In this document: piece after piece, positions 20,941 through 35,455 of the stretch
Layout of the letters: every line of letters begins with the position of its first letter
Numbering within the stretch: position 1 is the stretch's first letter
Assembly: GCA_050331735.1 (NCBI GenBank)
Contig: JBHJGN010000020.1
Span: 32,001 to 96,000, forward strand
From: Cyanophyceae cyanobacterium
GTDB lineage: Bacteria > Cyanobacteriota > Cyanobacteriia > Cyanobacteriales > JBHJGN01
Direction of reading: 5' to 3'
Length of the DNA: 64,000 nucleotides
The notes under the pieces: model-generated
Database searches by the model: none
What the model was told of the DNA's origin: nothing
The model's input: the letters and a program-made list of their open reading frames with translations, nothing else
Made by a program: the position numbers and the translations under genes

Positions 20941-22854
20941 TTACCGAATCAAAAGACCGATACCGTTATGAACGCGAGCGGCAGTACTTGGTGAACGGTC
21001 GAGGAGTTGGCCTCCCAAGACAAGTCCTGTGGAGCTACCGCCGTCGAGATTGAGGGCATCAACCGAGCCAAGACGCTGCATGATTGAGGCAAGCTCTGGT
21101 AAAGTAGGGCCTTTTCCACTTGGCGAAGCATGAACCGCTGCGATGACAACTGTGCCGCGAGCCGTTGTGCCAATAGCGCTTCGAGAAGCCGCTTGTTGAT
21201 TGAATGCTGAGGCAAACTGCTCAGAAGCTGAGTCGAGCACAACTTGGCGATTTTGCAGCAGCAGCGGACCGGCCCCGACAATATGGGGATAGGGGGTCAA
21301 CTCCGCCGGGAGAACTTGGCTTTGCAGGTTCACTTCTATCTCTACCGGTAAAGCGGCATTCAAGGATTCATTGGCTCTGAGAATGAGCAGATAGCCTTTC
21401 TCAGGAACAGAAACTGGATTGCTTCCAGCAACACCTAACTTGAGTTTTTGAGTGACTCGACGATCTTCAACCCAAATTGCCGTCTCGCCGTCGGTAAGAG
21501 GTGTGTAAGTTGAGCCCCAGTCTTTGGTATAGCGAGCCAGTCCGGCTGTGACGTAACCGCTGTTTAAAAACGGAACGGGCAACCGGTCGCCCCGAGAAGT
21601 CGTAATCGCTTCCTCAAGTTGCAGGCGAGCAATTTCGACTGCGCCCTGATTGTTCCAGGCGATCGCCCCTCGGTTTAAAATTGGTCCAGACAGCCAGCGA
21701 CCGTCTCGACGAATGGCTCCTAGAGGAAGTTGATTCTTGCGATTGAAAAAGCCCCCGTTAATGGCGGCTGAGGCTTGATGAGCCTGAGCGATCGTCAACA
21801 GGGGGGCAAGGCCTTTTGCCTGAGAGTGACTGGTGATGGGGTGCAAAACAGTTGTGTCGCTGAGAGTCACCTCTAGCCAGGTTACCGGAAACGAGCGCTT
21901 AGAAGAGGCGGTGGCGCTGGTGTTGAGTAAAACATTCTGTTGATGCCACTGCACTCCCGGTCCCCAATGAATTTCTCGCTCGACGAGCGTCTCAGAGCGA
22001 ACATCGACGACGAGGCGGTAAGGGTCGGCCAGACTGAAAACTCGCAATTTCTTGCCCTCAAGAAGCTGAACGCGAAGCTTGACTTGAGCTTCTGAGCTTT
22101 CTAGAGCGATGGGATCAGGAGGGGGAGAACCTGGACTTGAGCCTTCTGCTCCTGTTGCCTCGGTTGAATTAAAGGAGCGATGCTGAAGGAGCTTCGACAA
22201 AGTGACTCCTTCAAGAGTAACAACGCCTTCCTGCTGATTTTGACTAAGCTGCCAGGGAACAGGGCGATCTAAATCGAGAACAATTCGTTGTCCCCAGTCT
22301 TGCTGCCCCTGGCGAACCTTCAATATTTGTGCTGAAGGAAAATTAATTTCTAAAGTCTTCCCTCGCGTCTGTAGTTGCCAGTGAGCGGAGGCAGCTACAT
22401 CAGTAATGTCTAGATATCTATAGGGACTCAAAAATTGAGCCGTTAGCAGCAGGGGGGAATTGGAAAAATACTGTATCGGCTGGCTAGAGGAATTTTGGGT
22501 ACTGAGTAGTTCTAGTCCAAGTAGCTGCATGGCTCCAGTATCACTAATTCCGGTTCGCAGAGTTTCTGCTTGCCACTGTATCCAGGCAACCGGGTATTTC
22601 TGCCCATTGAGCGCAATTTCTTGTCCCTGACGTTTGGATACGGAAGCCACACTTTCCTTTTCTGCTTGACTTGGCATGAAGGCTGTCGTTGTCACAGCCC
22701 GCATCGCGGAAGTATTTTTGTGAAGCGATGGCTGCAACGAGAGAGCTTGAGCAGAGTAAGTCCAACAGCCGCACAAAATCGGTAGCCCAAACGCCCTGAG
22801 TCGGCTCGAAAGCCTTGACAGCATAATGCCTTTACCGTTATTCATGCAGTCCAC
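20941..22854 (-). CDS. Secreted phosphodiester glycosidase (NAGPA/DUF2233) family protein
   Basis: AAINGGFF, GAGPLL, RSAIG, ALNLDGGSS; start uncertain. Confidence 0.85.
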   Translation of the reverse strand: MDCMNNGKGIMLSRLSSRLRAFGLPILCGCWTYSAQALSLQPSLHKNTSAMRAVTTTAFMPSQAEKESVASVSKRQGQEIALNGQKYPVAWIQWQAETLRTGISDTGAMQLLGLELLSTQNSSSQPIQYFSNSPLLLTAQFLSPYRYLDITDVAASAHWQLQTRGKTLEINFPSAQILKVRQGQQDWGQRIVLDLDRPVPWQLSQNQQEGVVTLEGVTLSKLLQHRSFNSTEATGAEGSSPGSPPPDPIALESSEAQVKLRVQLLEGKKLRVFSLADPYRLVVDVRSETLVEREIHWGPGVQWHQQNVLLNTSATASSKRSFPVTWLEVTLSDTTVLHPITSHSQAKGLAPLLTIAQAHQASAAINGGFFNRKNQLPLGAIRRDGRWLSGPILNRGAIAWNNQGAVEIARLQLEEAITTSRGDRLPVPFLNSGYVTAGLARYTKDWGSTYTPLTDGETAIWVEDRRVTQKLKLGVAGSNPVSVPEKGYLLILRANESLNAALPVEIEVNLQSQVLPAELTPYPHIVGAGPLLLQNRQVVLDSASEQFASAFNQQAASRSAIGTTARGTVVIAAVHASPSGKGPTLPELASIMQRLGSVDALNLDGGSSTGLVLGGQLLDRSPSTAARVHNGIGLLIR

Positions 22855-23416
22855 CTTATGATTAATGGCACAATTTTTCTAATCCGAGCAGTCAGGGAAA
22901 AAAATCATCAAGGATCAATGACTTTCATGCTGACTAATGCTACAATTTCCTTCCCGACAGACTGCATAATAATATTAGAAGCTTTAGATATTCGGTTCAG
23001 TACAGCTTAACTGCTTCTAGCTTTGATTTGTTGTTTTTGCTACGGTACAAGCCAGCATGTTGTGCTTAAGCAAAAGCTTTCTTAAAAAAATCTGCTGTTG
23101 ACTTCTAAAAAGAAGATCAAGGATGATATCTAAAAGCAGGAAACTTTTGACTGGATTAGTCTCGCTACCACAGGCGAAGCGTTCTTGCTCACCAGGAATC
23201 TAGGAATCTTCTTCGTTAAACGCTATTTTGAGGCTCTTTTAAACTTGGGCTTCAGTCCAAACTTCGACTAACGACGGCGGAAGTGCGAAGATTTTAACGT
23301 CCCTGAGCTGAAGACAGCCGACTCATTTGCAATCGTCTCTTTCCTTTGGCTTCCTAAACTCCTGACAGACTAAGCGGGTCATCGATTGGCGCTATTAAAA
23401 CGGAATTAATTTCTAT

Positions 23417-26400
23417 ATGAACGATAGATTAACAATGACAGACAACTATCATGATTGGCAACAACATTCTGGTCAAGAAGCTCCCTATCAAGGCCAAAAA
23501 TGGCTTGTAGAAGAGAGAGATGCCTGCGGCGTTGGCTTTATTGCTGACGTCAACGGTCAAGCAAGTCATCAGCTCATTGAACAATCTTTGTTAGCTCTAG
23601 GCTGTCTAGAGCACCGCGGTGGCTGTAGTGCAGACCGAGATTCGGGGGACGGTTCGGGATTAATGACTGGCATCCCTGAGTCATTGTTCCGAGTGTGGTT
23701 TGAGCAACAGAACATTGTCATGCCCGAGCGCGAACACTGGGGAGTAGGCATGGTGTTTCTACCGCAAGATGCTGCTGAGGCTGAGCAATCTCGGAACTAC
23801 ATTCAACAGATTATTGCAGACGAAAATTTAACGGTACTAGGCTGGCGAGAAGTCCCTGTGCTTCCAGAGGTTTTAGGGGAACGGGCAAGAGAAAATCAGC
23901 CCCGCATCGAACAGGTTATTGTGACATCGCTGGACAACCTTCGAGGGGACGATCTAGATCGAGTACTCTACATTGCCCGCTCTCGTATTGGTAAGCAGTT
24001 GTCGGATGATTTCTATCTCTGTTCTTTCTCTTGCCGCACCCTTGTATACAAGGGAATGGTGCGCTCAGCCGTATTGAAAGAATTTTACCCAGATTTAAAG
24101 AATCCTCACTATCAAAGCTCATTTGCCGTCTACCACCGCCGCTTCAGCACTAACACGATGCCAAGATGGCCCCTAGCTCAACCGATGCGGTTGCTGGGTC
24201 ACAACGGAGAGATTAATACGCTGCTCGGCAACATTAACTGGATGAAAACCAGGGAGGCCAATCTACAGGTGCCAGGATGGCAAGCTGACGAGCTAGAAGG
24301 GCTAAAGCCGATCGTTAACCAAGAACATAGCGACTCGTTCAATTTAGATAGTGCGATGGAGCTGCTGGTGCGCACAGGCCGTAGTCCACTAGAAGCGGCG
24401 ACTATCTTGGTGCCGGAAGCGTATCAAAACCAGCCCGACCTAGAGCAACATCCGGAAATTACAGACTTCTATGAATACTATAGTAGCCTCCAAGAGCCTT
24501 GGGATGGACCAGCACTGCTGGTATTTAGCGATGGAAAAACAGTGGGAGCGTCTCTAGATCGCAATGGTTTGCGTCCAGCTCGCTATAGCATTACGAAAGA
24601 CGGCTATGTGGTTGTTGCTTCAGAAACTGGCGTAGTCGAGCTACTCAACGCTGACGTTGTTGAGAAGGGCAGATTAGGTCCAGGACAAATGATTGCGGTG
24701 GATTTGCAGACCCACGAAATTCTTAAAAATTGGGACATCAAGCAGCGAGTGGCTCAGAAGAAAAACTACGGGCAGTGGGTCCGGGAACATCGGAAAACCG
24801 TCGAGCGGCAGGCTTTTTGTCCTCAAGCTCAGCTCAATCCGTCTGAGCTACTCAAGAGTCAAACCGCCTTTGGCTACACAGCAGAAGATGTAGAAATGAT
24901 TGTTGTGCCGATGGCGACTCAGGGGAAAGAGCCAACCTTCTGTATGGGGGATGATATTCCGTTAGCCATTCTATCGGATAAGCCCCGCCTGCTCTACGAT
25001 TACTTTAAGCAGCGCTTTGCTCAGGTCACCAATCCTCCTATCGATCCGCTGCGGGAAAGCTTGGTGATGTCTTTGAGTATGCAGTTGGGCAAGCGCGGAA
25101 ACCTATTGGACATTACTCCCGAAGCCGCTCGGCTGCTCAAGCTGGACACCCCGATTCTCAATCAGGCGGAACTAGAGGCGATCGCGACTTCCGGTTTTAA
25201 AACGGTGCAGCTATCAACGCTGTTTGACATTGCCGACGGACCCGCCGGTTTAAAGGCAGCCATAACCACCCTGTGTGCTCGAGCCGAGGAGGCGGTTCGA
25301 GCCGGAGCGGAGATGGTGGTGCTCAGCGATCGCGGCGCAGATGACACCGCTCATCTACAGGAAGAACGAAGCTATATCCCGCCCCTGCTAGCGGTAGGAG
25401 CCGTTCACCATCACTTGATTCGTCAAGGATTGAGACTGGCAGCCTCGCTGATTATTGATACGGCGCAGTGCTGGAGTACCCATCATTTTGCCTGCCTAAT
25501 CGGCTATGGCGCATCCGCGGTGTGTCCCTATCTAGCGCTAGAAACCGTCCGGGCCTGGTGGAGCGATCCAAAAACGCAAAAAATGATGGAGCGGGGCAAA
25601 CTCGAGCAAATTTCCATAGAAACTGCCCAACAGCAATACCGGAAGTCGGTAGAAGCGGGTTTGCTCAAAATTCTCTCGAAGATGGGGATTTCGCTGCTCA
25701 GTTCCTATCATGGAGCACAGATATTTGAGGCTCTCGGTCTGGGCATGGATGTAGTCAATTTAGCCTTTGCGGGAACAACGTCCCGCGTCGGCGGCATGAG
25801 CCTTCAGGAGTTAGCCCAGGAAGTGATTGCCTTTCATAGGCGGGCTTTTCCTAACTTGGAAGGTAAAAAGCTAGAAAACTTTGGCTTTATTAACTACCGT
25901 CCGGGCGGAGAGTATCATATGAACTCTCCAGAAATGGCCAAGGCGCTGCATAAAGCCGTAGCTGAGCAAGACTACAACCACTACGAAGTGTATCAACAGT
26001 TCCTCGCCGGAAGACCCGTAACGGCCCTGCGGGATCTGCTAGATCTGAAGGGGGACCGGGACGCCATCAATATCAACGAAGTCGAATCCGTTGAGGAAAT
26101 CGTTAAGCGTTTCTGCACCGGGGCCATGTCATTGGGCTCCCTCTCACGAGAAGCGCACGAAACTCTAGCGATCGCCATGAACCGCCTTGGCGGCAAATCT
26201 AACTCCGGGGAAGGCGGAGAAGATCCGCTGCGGTTTACCGTGCTCAACGATGTGGACGACAACGGACATTCTCCGACCTTACCGCACCTGAAAGGACTAC
26301 GAAATGGCGATACGGCCAGTTCTGCCACCAAACAAGTTGCGTCCGGTCGCTTTGGGGTGACCCCTGAATACTTAATGAGCGCCCAGCAGCTAGAAATTAA

Positions 26401-28054
26401 AATTGCTCAAGGAGCCAAGCCAGGGGAAGGCGGACAGCTTCCCGGTAAAAAGGTCAGTCCTTACATTGCCATGCTGCGGCGGTCTAAGCCGGGAGTACCG
26501 CTGATTTCCCCACCGCCTCATCACGACATCTATTCGATTGAAGATCTGTTTCAGCTTATTTTTGATCTGCACCAAATTAACCCAAACGCCAAAGTGTCGG
26601 TCAAGCTGGTCGCTGAAATCGGCATTGGCACCATTGCCGCTGGGGTGGCCAAAGCCAACGCAGACGTCATTCAAATTTCCGGTCACGATGGCGGCACGGG
26701 AGCATCTCCGCTCAGCTCCATCAAACATGCTGGAGTTCCCTGGGAACTGGGAGTAACGGAAGTTCACCGTGTGCTGATGGAAAACGGGCTGCGCGATCGC
26801 GTACTGCTGCGGGCCGATGGGGGCTTCAAAACCGGACACGATGTCGTGATGGCGGCGTTGATGGGAGCGGAAGAATACGGCTTCGGTTCAGTATCTATGA
26901 TTGCTGAAGGCTGTATCATGGCCCGAATCTGCCACACCAACAACTGCCCTGTCGGTGTGGCCTCTCAGCAGGAAAGACTTCGCCAGCGCTTTACCGGAAT
27001 GCCGGAGCACGTCGTTAATTTCTTCTACTTCGTCGCTCAAGAGGTTCGCTCTCTGCTCGCTCGCTTAGGCTATCGCCGTCTCGAAGACATTATTGGCCGG
27101 GGGGATCTGCTAACCCGCCGTGCAGCTCCGCTCACCAAGACGAACGGCTTGATTTTGGACTGCTTGACTAACCTCCCCGATGTCCGCTCAGACCGAAGCT
27201 GGCTCAACCATGAAGCTGTACACAGCAACGGACCTGTGTTAGACGATGAACTGTTAGCCGATGCAGAGATGGCCGCCGCCATCCGCAACCAGGGGGCAGT
27301 TACCAAAGAGGTCACCCTCCTTAACACAGACCGGACTGTGGGCGCCAGAATTGCTGGACAAATTGCCAAACAGTACGGAGACACCGGATTTGAGGGCGAA
27401 ATGACCCTCACGTTTCAGGGAGCCGCTGGGCAAAGCTTTGGGGCTTTTAATCTCCCTGGCATGAACCTGGTGTTAGTTGGAGAAGCAAACGACTACGTGG
27501 GTAAGGGCATGCATGGAGGCGAGATCGTTATCGTCCCTCCTCAAGATGTTTGCTATGACCCGGCAGAAAACGTTCTCATCGGCAATACCTGTCTTTACGG
27601 CGCGACGGGAGGCGTTCTCTACGCCAATGGACGCGCTGGCGAACGTTTTGCGGTTAGAAACTCCAAGGGCCAAGCCGTGATCGAAGGAGCTGGCGATCAC
27701 TGCTGCGAATATATGACGGGCGGTGTCGTTGTTGTGTTAGGGACAGTCGGACGAAATGTCGGTGCTGGCATGACGGGCGGTTTGGCTTACTTCCTCGATG
27801 AGGACGATAGCTTCATTAAGAAAGTCAACTCAGATGTCAAGATTCAGCGGCTCAGTACTAAAGCCGGGAAACAGCAGCTCAAAGCACTCATTGAAGCTCA
27901 CAGGGAGAGGACGGGAAGCCAGAAAGCCAAAACGATTTTAGACAATTGGGAATCAGCAGTCGAGCAATTCTGGCAAGCTATCCCGCCTTCAGAAGCTGAA
28001 ACTCCCGAAGCGCAGTCGATTACAGCAGCAGAAAAACCGCTGTCTGCTGTTTAG
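23417..28054 (+). CDS. glsF: Ferredoxin-dependent glutamate synthase
   Basis: [72 protein letters not shown]; no small subunit adjacent. Confidence 0.93.
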   Translation: MNDRLTMTDNYHDWQQHSGQEAPYQGQKWLVEERDACGVGFIADVNGQASHQLIEQSLLALGCLEHRGGCSADRDSGDGSGLMTGIPESLFRVWFEQQNIVMPEREHWGVGMVFLPQDAAEAEQSRNYIQQIIADENLTVLGWREVPVLPEVLGERARENQPRIEQVIVTSLDNLRGDDLDRVLYIARSRIGKQLSDDFYLCSFSCRTLVYKGMVRSAVLKEFYPDLKNPHYQSSFAVYHRRFSTNTMPRWPLAQPMRLLGHNGEINTLLGNINWMKTREANLQVPGWQADELEGLKPIVNQEHSDSFNLDSAMELLVRTGRSPLEAATILVPEAYQNQPDLEQHPEITDFYEYYSSLQEPWDGPALLVFSDGKTVGASLDRNGLRPARYSITKDGYVVVASETGVVELLNADVVEKGRLGPGQMIAVDLQTHEILKNWDIKQRVAQKKNYGQWVREHRKTVERQAFCPQAQLNPSELLKSQTAFGYTAEDVEMIVVPMATQGKEPTFCMGDDIPLAILSDKPRLLYDYFKQRFAQVTNPPIDPLRESLVMSLSMQLGKRGNLLDITPEAARLLKLDTPILNQAELEAIATSGFKTVQLSTLFDIADGPAGLKAAITTLCARAEEAVRAGAEMVVLSDRGADDTAHLQEERSYIPPLLAVGAVHHHLIRQGLRLAASLIIDTAQCWSTHHFACLIGYGASAVCPYLALETVRAWWSDPKTQKMMERGKLEQISIETAQQQYRKSVEAGLLKILSKMGISLLSSYHGAQIFEALGLGMDVVNLAFAGTTSRVGGMSLQELAQEVIAFHRRAFPNLEGKKLENFGFINYRPGGEYHMNSPEMAKALHKAVAEQDYNHYEVYQQFLAGRPVTALRDLLDLKGDRDAININEVESVEEIVKRFCTGAMSLGSLSREAHETLAIAMNRLGGKSNSGEGGEDPLRFTVLNDVDDNGHSPTLPHLKGLRNGDTASSATKQVASGRFGVTPEYLMSAQQLEIKIAQGAKPGEGGQLPGKKVSPYIAMLRRSKPGVPLISPPPHHDIYSIEDLFQLIFDLHQINPNAKVSVKLVAEIGIGTIAAGVAKANADVIQISGHDGGTGASPLSSIKHAGVPWELGVTEVHRVLMENGLRDRVLLRADGGFKTGHDVVMAALMGAEEYGFGSVSMIAEGCIMARICHTNNCPVGVASQQERLRQRFTGMPEHVVNFFYFVAQEVRSLLARLGYRRLEDIIGRGDLLTRRAAPLTKTNGLILDCLTNLPDVRSDRSWLNHEAVHSNGPVLDDELLADAEMAAAIRNQGAVTKEVTLLNTDRTVGARIAGQIAKQYGDTGFEGEMTLTFQGAAGQSFGAFNLPGMNLVLVGEANDYVGKGMHGGEIVIVPPQDVCYDPAENVLIGNTCLYGATGGVLYANGRAGERFAVRNSKGQAVIEGAGDHCCEYMTGGVVVVLGTVGRNVGAGMTGGLAYFLDEDDSFIKKVNSDVKIQRLSTKAGKQQLKALIEAHRERTGSQKAKTILDNWESAVEQFWQAIPPSEAETPEAQSITAAEKPLSAV

Positions 28055-28189
28055 AATCTAAGGAGGAAGGGAATTGATTCAAGTTGGTCAAGGCTGGTCA
28101 GTCTCTCCTCCGCGGTTAAAGATGAATAAAATCCAAAACTCCGGGAAGAGCAGAAACACAGGCTCTCTCTTCCTCCTCGTCAAGCCTCT

Positions 28190-29548
28190 TCATGGTGCAC
28201 GTCTTTCCCGTTCTTGTTGTTGCATTAATTTGTGGGCAATTTCGTACCATGCTTCTCTGAACTGCTGATGGTCTGCCGTATTGGTTAATTTTACGCCCGC
28301 AAGTTCTGGATACTGAGCGTAAAACTGGTCGTCAACTCGCTGGTAAAAAGCTCCTTGATTAATATTCAAAGCCCGAAGACGCTGAGAAAGCTGCTGTTGC
28401 AGAGTTTCTTCTGTCTGATTTGGAGCAGGGCGATGAAAAGATGAATTCAAGACTCGCACTCCAGCAAAAGCTACTAGTGCAGGCAGAATAACAATACTGC
28501 TGCGGACAAACGTTCTTTTGAGAGCTTCTAGAACTTGAGGTTGATAGCGAGACAGGTCGAGTCGCGGTAGGCGAGGCTTAGGCAAGCTGAACTGTGGCCA
28601 TTTGAGTGCCGAAGGCTCTGGTTGATGACCTTGAGTGGGAGCACTGAGGCGATCGCCTGGGGCCACGACTAAAGTGCGAAATCCCGACAGCAGCCGACTC
28701 GCCAGAGGAAATTCCTGTCGTTCTAAAATTTGTCGAACCTGTTGAGCGGATTGATAGCGATCGCTCGGCTGGGACGCTAGCATACGCTCTAATACTTTGG
28801 CTAAACCACTGCTGATTTCTACCTCTCGCCACTGCCAAGCCTGCCAATCGCGATCGTACAGTTCGTGGGGGTGTTTCCCGGTGAGCAACACCAGCACCGT
28901 CACGGCTAAGGCATAGAGATCGCTATGGGGAAACGCTTGACCGTGGAGCATTTGTTCTTCTGGGGCATACCCCTGTTTACCAACCAGCGTGACCGTTTTG
29001 GCTCCCGTGACGGCGTTAGCGGCAATTTTGACGCAGCCAAAGTCAATCAGGACTGGCTTACGGTCAGACTGCCTCTGAATTAAGTTATCTGGAGAAATAT
29101 CGCGGTGAATCACGTCAAGAGCGTGAATGTATTCTAATACGGGCAGCAGATCGAGCAGCAGTTGAGTGACTTCCGTCTCGTTAAAGAGCTTGCCTTGTCG
29201 CAATTGTTGCCAATAGCTTTGTCCTTCAATGTATTCCTGAACTAAAAATAGAGCGTCTTTGCTCTGTAGCCGCAGCCGCAGTAGCTGGCGAGAACGGGGA
29301 ATTTGCTCGTGTCTTAGCTCTTTGAGAATCCCGGCTTCTCGCTTGAGTAACTCTTCTGCTTTCTTAAGTTGAGAACTTTCTACCTGGGGAGCGAATTCTT
29401 TGAGAACGCACTTTTCTCGGCACTGAAGATCCTGGGCTAAATAGGTGCGCCCAAATCCACCGCCGCCCAGTTGAGCCAGAATTTGATAGCGGTCGTCAAG
29501 AATTGAACCAGTCTCAAGAGAAAATCCGTGTTGTGGCATAGCAAGCAA
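28190..29548 (-). CDS. Hanks-type Ser/Thr protein kinase with one TM helix
   Basis: LGGGGFG, VLKE, HRDISPDN, DFG, GYAPEEQ, SDLYAL; TM about aa 350-368. Confidence 0.92.
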   Translation of the reverse strand: MLAMPQHGFSLETGSILDDRYQILAQLGGGGFGRTYLAQDLQCREKCVLKEFAPQVESSQLKKAEELLKREAGILKELRHEQIPRSRQLLRLRLQSKDALFLVQEYIEGQSYWQQLRQGKLFNETEVTQLLLDLLPVLEYIHALDVIHRDISPDNLIQRQSDRKPVLIDFGCVKIAANAVTGAKTVTLVGKQGYAPEEQMLHGQAFPHSDLYALAVTVLVLLTGKHPHELYDRDWQAWQWREVEISSGLAKVLERMLASQPSDRYQSAQQVRQILERQEFPLASRLLSGFRTLVVAPGDRLSAPTQGHQPEPSALKWPQFSLPKPRLPRLDLSRYQPQVLEALKRTFVRSSIVILPALVAFAGVRVLNSSFHRPAPNQTEETLQQQLSQRLRALNINQGAFYQRVDDQFYAQYPELAGVKLTNTADHQQFREAWYEIAHKLMQQQERERRAP

Positions 29549-29719
29549 GAGGGACTGGAAAACTAAGCCTATTTTATCAAACCCCGGATTTGGCGCTCAT
29601 CGATCAAGCCTGCGACGGGAGCCAGGGAGGAATCGTTTCAATAGCGAACAGGACATCATGAGCAGTGACCCGTTTTTGGTTTGGCACAGCCGGTTCAGTG
29701 CTCATTGTTTTTCAAGAAA

Positions 29720-30816
29720 CTACAAATCTTCTCGGCCTTCAGTCAGTTCCTCTAGGGACTGATTTTCGTATTCCTGGAGAGATTGATGTCGCTGCCGGCG
29801 GGAAAGACGTCGATATTTTTTGGTGGCTAGCTTGGGTTCATACTGATGCTGACCAGATTCTTTGACCTTAAGCTTGAGGCTTGGCTCTTCGTCGGGTCTG
29901 CTGTGTAACTCTTGCGAACGGGCGATCGCCTCTTCTAAATACTTGAGGTAATGCTCGTAGCGCTCCCAGTCGCCGCGGACAACGCAGTTTGGTTCATCTC
30001 GATGGAGGCAATTGCTGAACTGGCAGTGGCCTTGGGCGAGTCGCTGGCGGATTTCTGGAAAGTAATCCGCCAAAGCAGATGGAGCGCATTCCAGGTCCGG
30101 TTGATTAAATCCTGGACTGTCGGCAAGCAGCCCACAGCCATGAAGTTCAAAGAGCTCAACGTGACGAGTTGTATGGCGACCGCGACCCAGCTTTCCCGAT
30201 ACTTGTCCGACCCGAACCGCTGCTCCTGTGGGAATTAACGCCTTGATTAGACTTGATTTCCCCACTCCACTAGGTCCGGCCAGAATCGTGATTTGCTGCT
30301 TGAGGCGCTCTCCGAGAGCCTCTAATCCTTGGCCGTTAGCAACGCTGATGAATGCCGGGGTGTATCCCCACTCGTTCAGGCGCTGCTGCCACTGACGCTG
30401 GCGTTCAGGGCTAACCAAATCGGCTTTATTCAGGCACAAACAGAGTTCGAGGGCCACAGATTCAGCCTTGACGAGGAAGCGACTGAGCTGCCAAGCATCT
30501 AACGCCGGCTCCTCCAGGGCAAATACCAACAGAATCTGGTCGGCGTTAGCGACTGGAGGACGCATGAGCACCGTCTTTCGGGGAAAAACGTGGGCAATGG
30601 CTCCGCGTCCGTCGAGGTTTGGTTCTTCTACGAGGACGCGATCGCCAACCATAACCTTTTGCCCAACTTTTTTGAGCCGCGCACGACGAGTACACAGGAG
30701 GAAAGCAGGAGGAACGCTGCCATAGGGCCAATTTTCTTGGGCACTCAGCGGCTCGAGGCGCACCTGATAGTAGTTAGCCTGAATGGCGACAACGGTTCCT
30801 GGCAAGGCTGTCTCGC

Positions 30817-30820
<4 letters not shown>
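29720..30820 (-). CDS. rsgA: Small-subunit biogenesis GTPase RsgA
   Basis: NKAD, GPSGVGKSS, GRHTT, DSPG, CQFSNCLHRDEPNC. Confidence 0.95.
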
Positions 30821-32246
<1,426 letters not shown>

Positions 32247-32391
32247 TTAACAAAGTCTAAAGGATTCAGTAAAAAATAGTGACGCTCCCGCTGATTACTG
32301 GTGCTCACCGAGCGGCGATCGCCATGATGAGGAAAGGAGTTGTCAATCCCTGCTTAACTAATAGTAACGGCTTGCTTTCCTTAGTGGCTGA

Positions 32392-34566
32392 TTAATCGAT
32401 CATTTCGTAATCGCCAATGACTGTCTTGCCTTCATCATAATCAAATTCTGATGGCTGAGCAGCCTTAAGCACGTCTTCCGCTCGTGCTGCTTCTCCGCCG
32501 CTCTGACTGCGGGCTATGCGTTGAGCTGGCTCAACAGGTCTGTCGGAGAAATCTCCGGCAGTTTTTTGGGTCGGCGCTCGAGAGACCTGCTTAAGGCTGC
32601 TCATAATTTCTTCTTCAATCGTTTCAAACTCCTCATCAGCAATCGTTTCTAATTCTCTGGTTGGTTCGACTCCATCCACCATCGTCTCTAACTCTTGGGT
32701 TGGTGCTGACGCCTCATCCACTACGGTTTCCAACTCTTCTACCGACGATTGGGAGTCTGCTTGATGATAGAATTCGGACCCCACCGCTAACAAAGTGCCG
32801 CGAAAGTCTTCGAGGATCTTTTTGATGGTGTCTATTCTCATCGAAGTATTCTTCAAAGCCGCTTCTAGTCGCTCCTTCTTTTCCTGGAGCTGATGCTTCA
32901 GGTTTTGGCGAATGAGGTTGCCGTTCTCTTGTAAAGTTGACTCATAGCTGTAGAATAAGCTTTCTGCCTGATTTTGTAGTTCAACAAGCTGAATATAGCG
33001 GCGATCGCGGTCAGCGTATTGTTCGGCTTCTCGGCGCATCTGCTCGATTTCCTCGGCGCTGAGACCTCCGGTATTGACAATCTCGATACTTTGTTCGCGT
33101 CCTGTGCCTTTATCCTGCGCGGAGACTTTGAGAATCCCGTTAACGTCGATATCAAACGTGACTTCAACTTGGGGAACGCCTCGCGGTGCCGGCGGAATTC
33201 CGGTCAGAATGAATTTTCCGAGGCTTTTGTTATCTTTGGCCATGGCTCGCTCTCCCTGGAGAGCATGAATTTCAACCGAGGTTTGCCCATCAACGGCTGT
33301 CGAGAAAATTTGCGATTTGCTGGTGGGAATTGTGGTGTTGCGCTCAATCAACTTGGTAAAAACTTCTCCCAAGGTTTCGATCCCCAGAGAGAGAGGCGCA
33401 ACATCGAGAAGCAGCACGTCTTCGACTTCGCCACCGAGGACTCCCGCCTGAATCGCGGCTCCCATCGCCACCGCTTCATCCGGGTTAATCGAGCGCTCTA
33501 GCTGCTTTTCAGCGAAAAACCGTTCGAGCAGCTTCTGAACAGCCGGAATGCGAGTAGAACCACCGACTAAGATGATGCGATCGATTTGCTCGGGGGTGAG
33601 TTCGCAGTCTTTAAGAGCCTGTTTAACGGACTCGATGGTTTTTCCGATCCGCTCACCAACGAGTTCTTCAAACTTGGCCCGCGTCAAGCTGACCTCTAAA
33701 TGTTTTGGCCCCGTTTCATCCGCCGTCACGAAGGGAAGATTAATCGAAGTGGTTAACGTGCTAGACAGCTCGATTTTGGCTTTTTCCGCTGCTTCGCGCA
33801 GCCGCTGAATGGCCATCTTGTCTGTACTGAGGTCAATGCCTTCTTGAGCTTTAAAATCGGCTATCAGCCAGCGGACAATAGCGTTATCAAAGTCATCTCC
33901 TCCCAAATGATTGTTGCCAGCCGTGGCTTTGACTTCAAAGACGCTGTTGCCCAACTGAAGAATCGAGACGTCGAACGTCCCGCCACCCAAATCGAAGACC
34001 AGAACAAACTGATCGCGGTCTTGCTTATCCAACCCGTAGGCGAGCGCTGCCGCGGTGGGCTCGTTGACGATGCGGAGAACGTCTAAACCGGCAATGATTC
34101 CAGCATCCTTGGTAGCCTGTCGCTGCGCATCGGTAAAGTAAGCTGGGACGGTGATGACGGCTTCGCGCACCGTTTCTCCCAAGAATTTTTCAGCGTCAGC
34201 CTTGAGCTTCTGCAACACCATCGCCGATACTTCTTGGGGCGTGAACTGCTGGTCGCGGATCTGAACATCTACCGTATCGTCGCGGCCTTTAATACACTGG
34301 TAAGGCACTCGCGAGCGCTCGTCGGCGGTATCGTGCCACCGACGACCAATAAAGCGCTTGATGCTATAGACCGTATTTTCGGCGTTAGTGACAGCTTGAC
34401 GCTTAGCAAGCTGACCGACGAGGCGCTGGTTATTTTTACTGAAGCCAACAATACTTGGAGTCGTTCGCTCCCCTTCTTGATTGGGAACGATGAGGGGTTT
34501 ACCTCCTTCTAGGAGGGCAACGCAACTATTGGTTGTTCCTAAGTCAATACCGATGACTTTTCCCAT
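32392..34566 (-). CDS. dnaK: Chaperone DnaK (grpE-linked paralogue with acidic tail)
   Basis: [38 protein letters not shown]. Confidence 0.97.
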   Translation of the reverse strand: MGKVIGIDLGTTNSCVALLEGGKPLIVPNQEGERTTPSIVGFSKNNQRLVGQLAKRQAVTNAENTVYSIKRFIGRRWHDTADERSRVPYQCIKGRDDTVDVQIRDQQFTPQEVSAMVLQKLKADAEKFLGETVREAVITVPAYFTDAQRQATKDAGIIAGLDVLRIVNEPTAAALAYGLDKQDRDQFVLVFDLGGGTFDVSILQLGNSVFEVKATAGNNHLGGDDFDNAIVRWLIADFKAQEGIDLSTDKMAIQRLREAAEKAKIELSSTLTTSINLPFVTADETGPKHLEVSLTRAKFEELVGERIGKTIESVKQALKDCELTPEQIDRIILVGGSTRIPAVQKLLERFFAEKQLERSINPDEAVAMGAAIQAGVLGGEVEDVLLLDVAPLSLGIETLGEVFTKLIERNTTIPTSKSQIFSTAVDGQTSVEIHALQGERAMAKDNKSLGKFILTGIPPAPRGVPQVEVTFDIDVNGILKVSAQDKGTGREQSIEIVNTGGLSAEEIEQMRREAEQYADRDRRYIQLVELQNQAESLFYSYESTLQENGNLIRQNLKHQLQEKKERLEAALKNTSMRIDTIKKILEDFRGTLLAVGSEFYHQADSQSSVEELETVVDEASAPTQELETMVDGVEPTRELETIADEEFETIEEEIMSSLKQVSRAPTQKTAGDFSDRPVEPAQRIARSQSGGEAARAEDVLKAAQPSEFDYDEGKTVIGDYEMID

Positions 34567-34723
34567 AACGTGACAGAAAATAAGAGTTGGCTTGGCAATC
34601 GTAGGCCAGAGAAGTTGCTCGCCATCATAGCCTGATTTGGCTTCAACTTCTCCGGTGAAATTGCGGAAAAATTGCTCTCTTATTCTGTAAGAACAGCACC
34701 AGTAAAGCTGTCGGCCTCTTTAT

Positions 34724-35455
34724 TTATTCTGCTACAGTGCTAGAATCTGCTTCTGGCTCTGCTGACGCTGGGGCTCCGCCGACAGACACTTTCACTCTGG
34801 CATGGCGCAGCACCTGATCGCCTAGCATATAGCCTCGCACTAGCTGCTCGATAACCGTTCCATCCGGATACTCTTCGGTCGGTTCTTGCAGGAGGGCTTC
34901 GTGATAATTCGGATCGAAAGGCTGTCCTTCTGGACGCATCGCTGACACCCCGATCCGCTTGAGGCTATCAACAAAGTTTTTGTAGACTCCTTGATAGCTT
35001 TTATGAATGGCTAGTTCTCCATCATTGGCGGGCTTAATCTGAGCGCGGGCACGTTCGAAGTTGTCAACAACCGCCAACAATTCGCCGATAGTGGTCCGCT
35101 TCGTCTGCTGAACCAGATTTTCCTTGTCCCTCTCTGAGCGCTTGCGAAAGTTGTCAAAATCTGCGGCAATTCGCACATATTGAGCTTTAAAAGCATCCGT
35201 TTTTTTTGTCTGCTCTTCAAGCTCCTGTTTGAGAGCTGCCGCTTCAGCCTGCAAAGTGCCAATCGTCTCTTCTAGACGCTGACCGACATCAGCAGAATCT
35301 GTTTCTGCTTCGGTTGACACTTCAGCGGGAGTCTCTGAATCTGTGCTGAAGTCTTGCGGGAAAGCCCCTTGATTTTCCTCAAGGGGGTCTGCTGCGGGGG
35401 GTGAGGAATCAAAATTTTCTGAAGTATTCTCTGGCTGCTTTGGGTTATCGATCAT
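34724..35455 (-). CDS. grpE: Nucleotide exchange factor GrpE
   Basis: [31 protein letters not shown]. Confidence 0.96.
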   Translation of the reverse strand: MIDNPKQPENTSENFDSSPPAADPLEENQGAFPQDFSTDSETPAEVSTEAETDSADVGQRLEETIGTLQAEAAALKQELEEQTKKTDAFKAQYVRIAADFDNFRKRSERDKENLVQQTKRTTIGELLAVVDNFERARAQIKPANDGELAIHKSYQGVYKNFVDSLKRIGVSAMRPEGQPFDPNYHEALLQEPTEEYPDGTVIEQLVRGYMLGDQVLRHARVKVSVGGAPASAEPEADSSTVAE

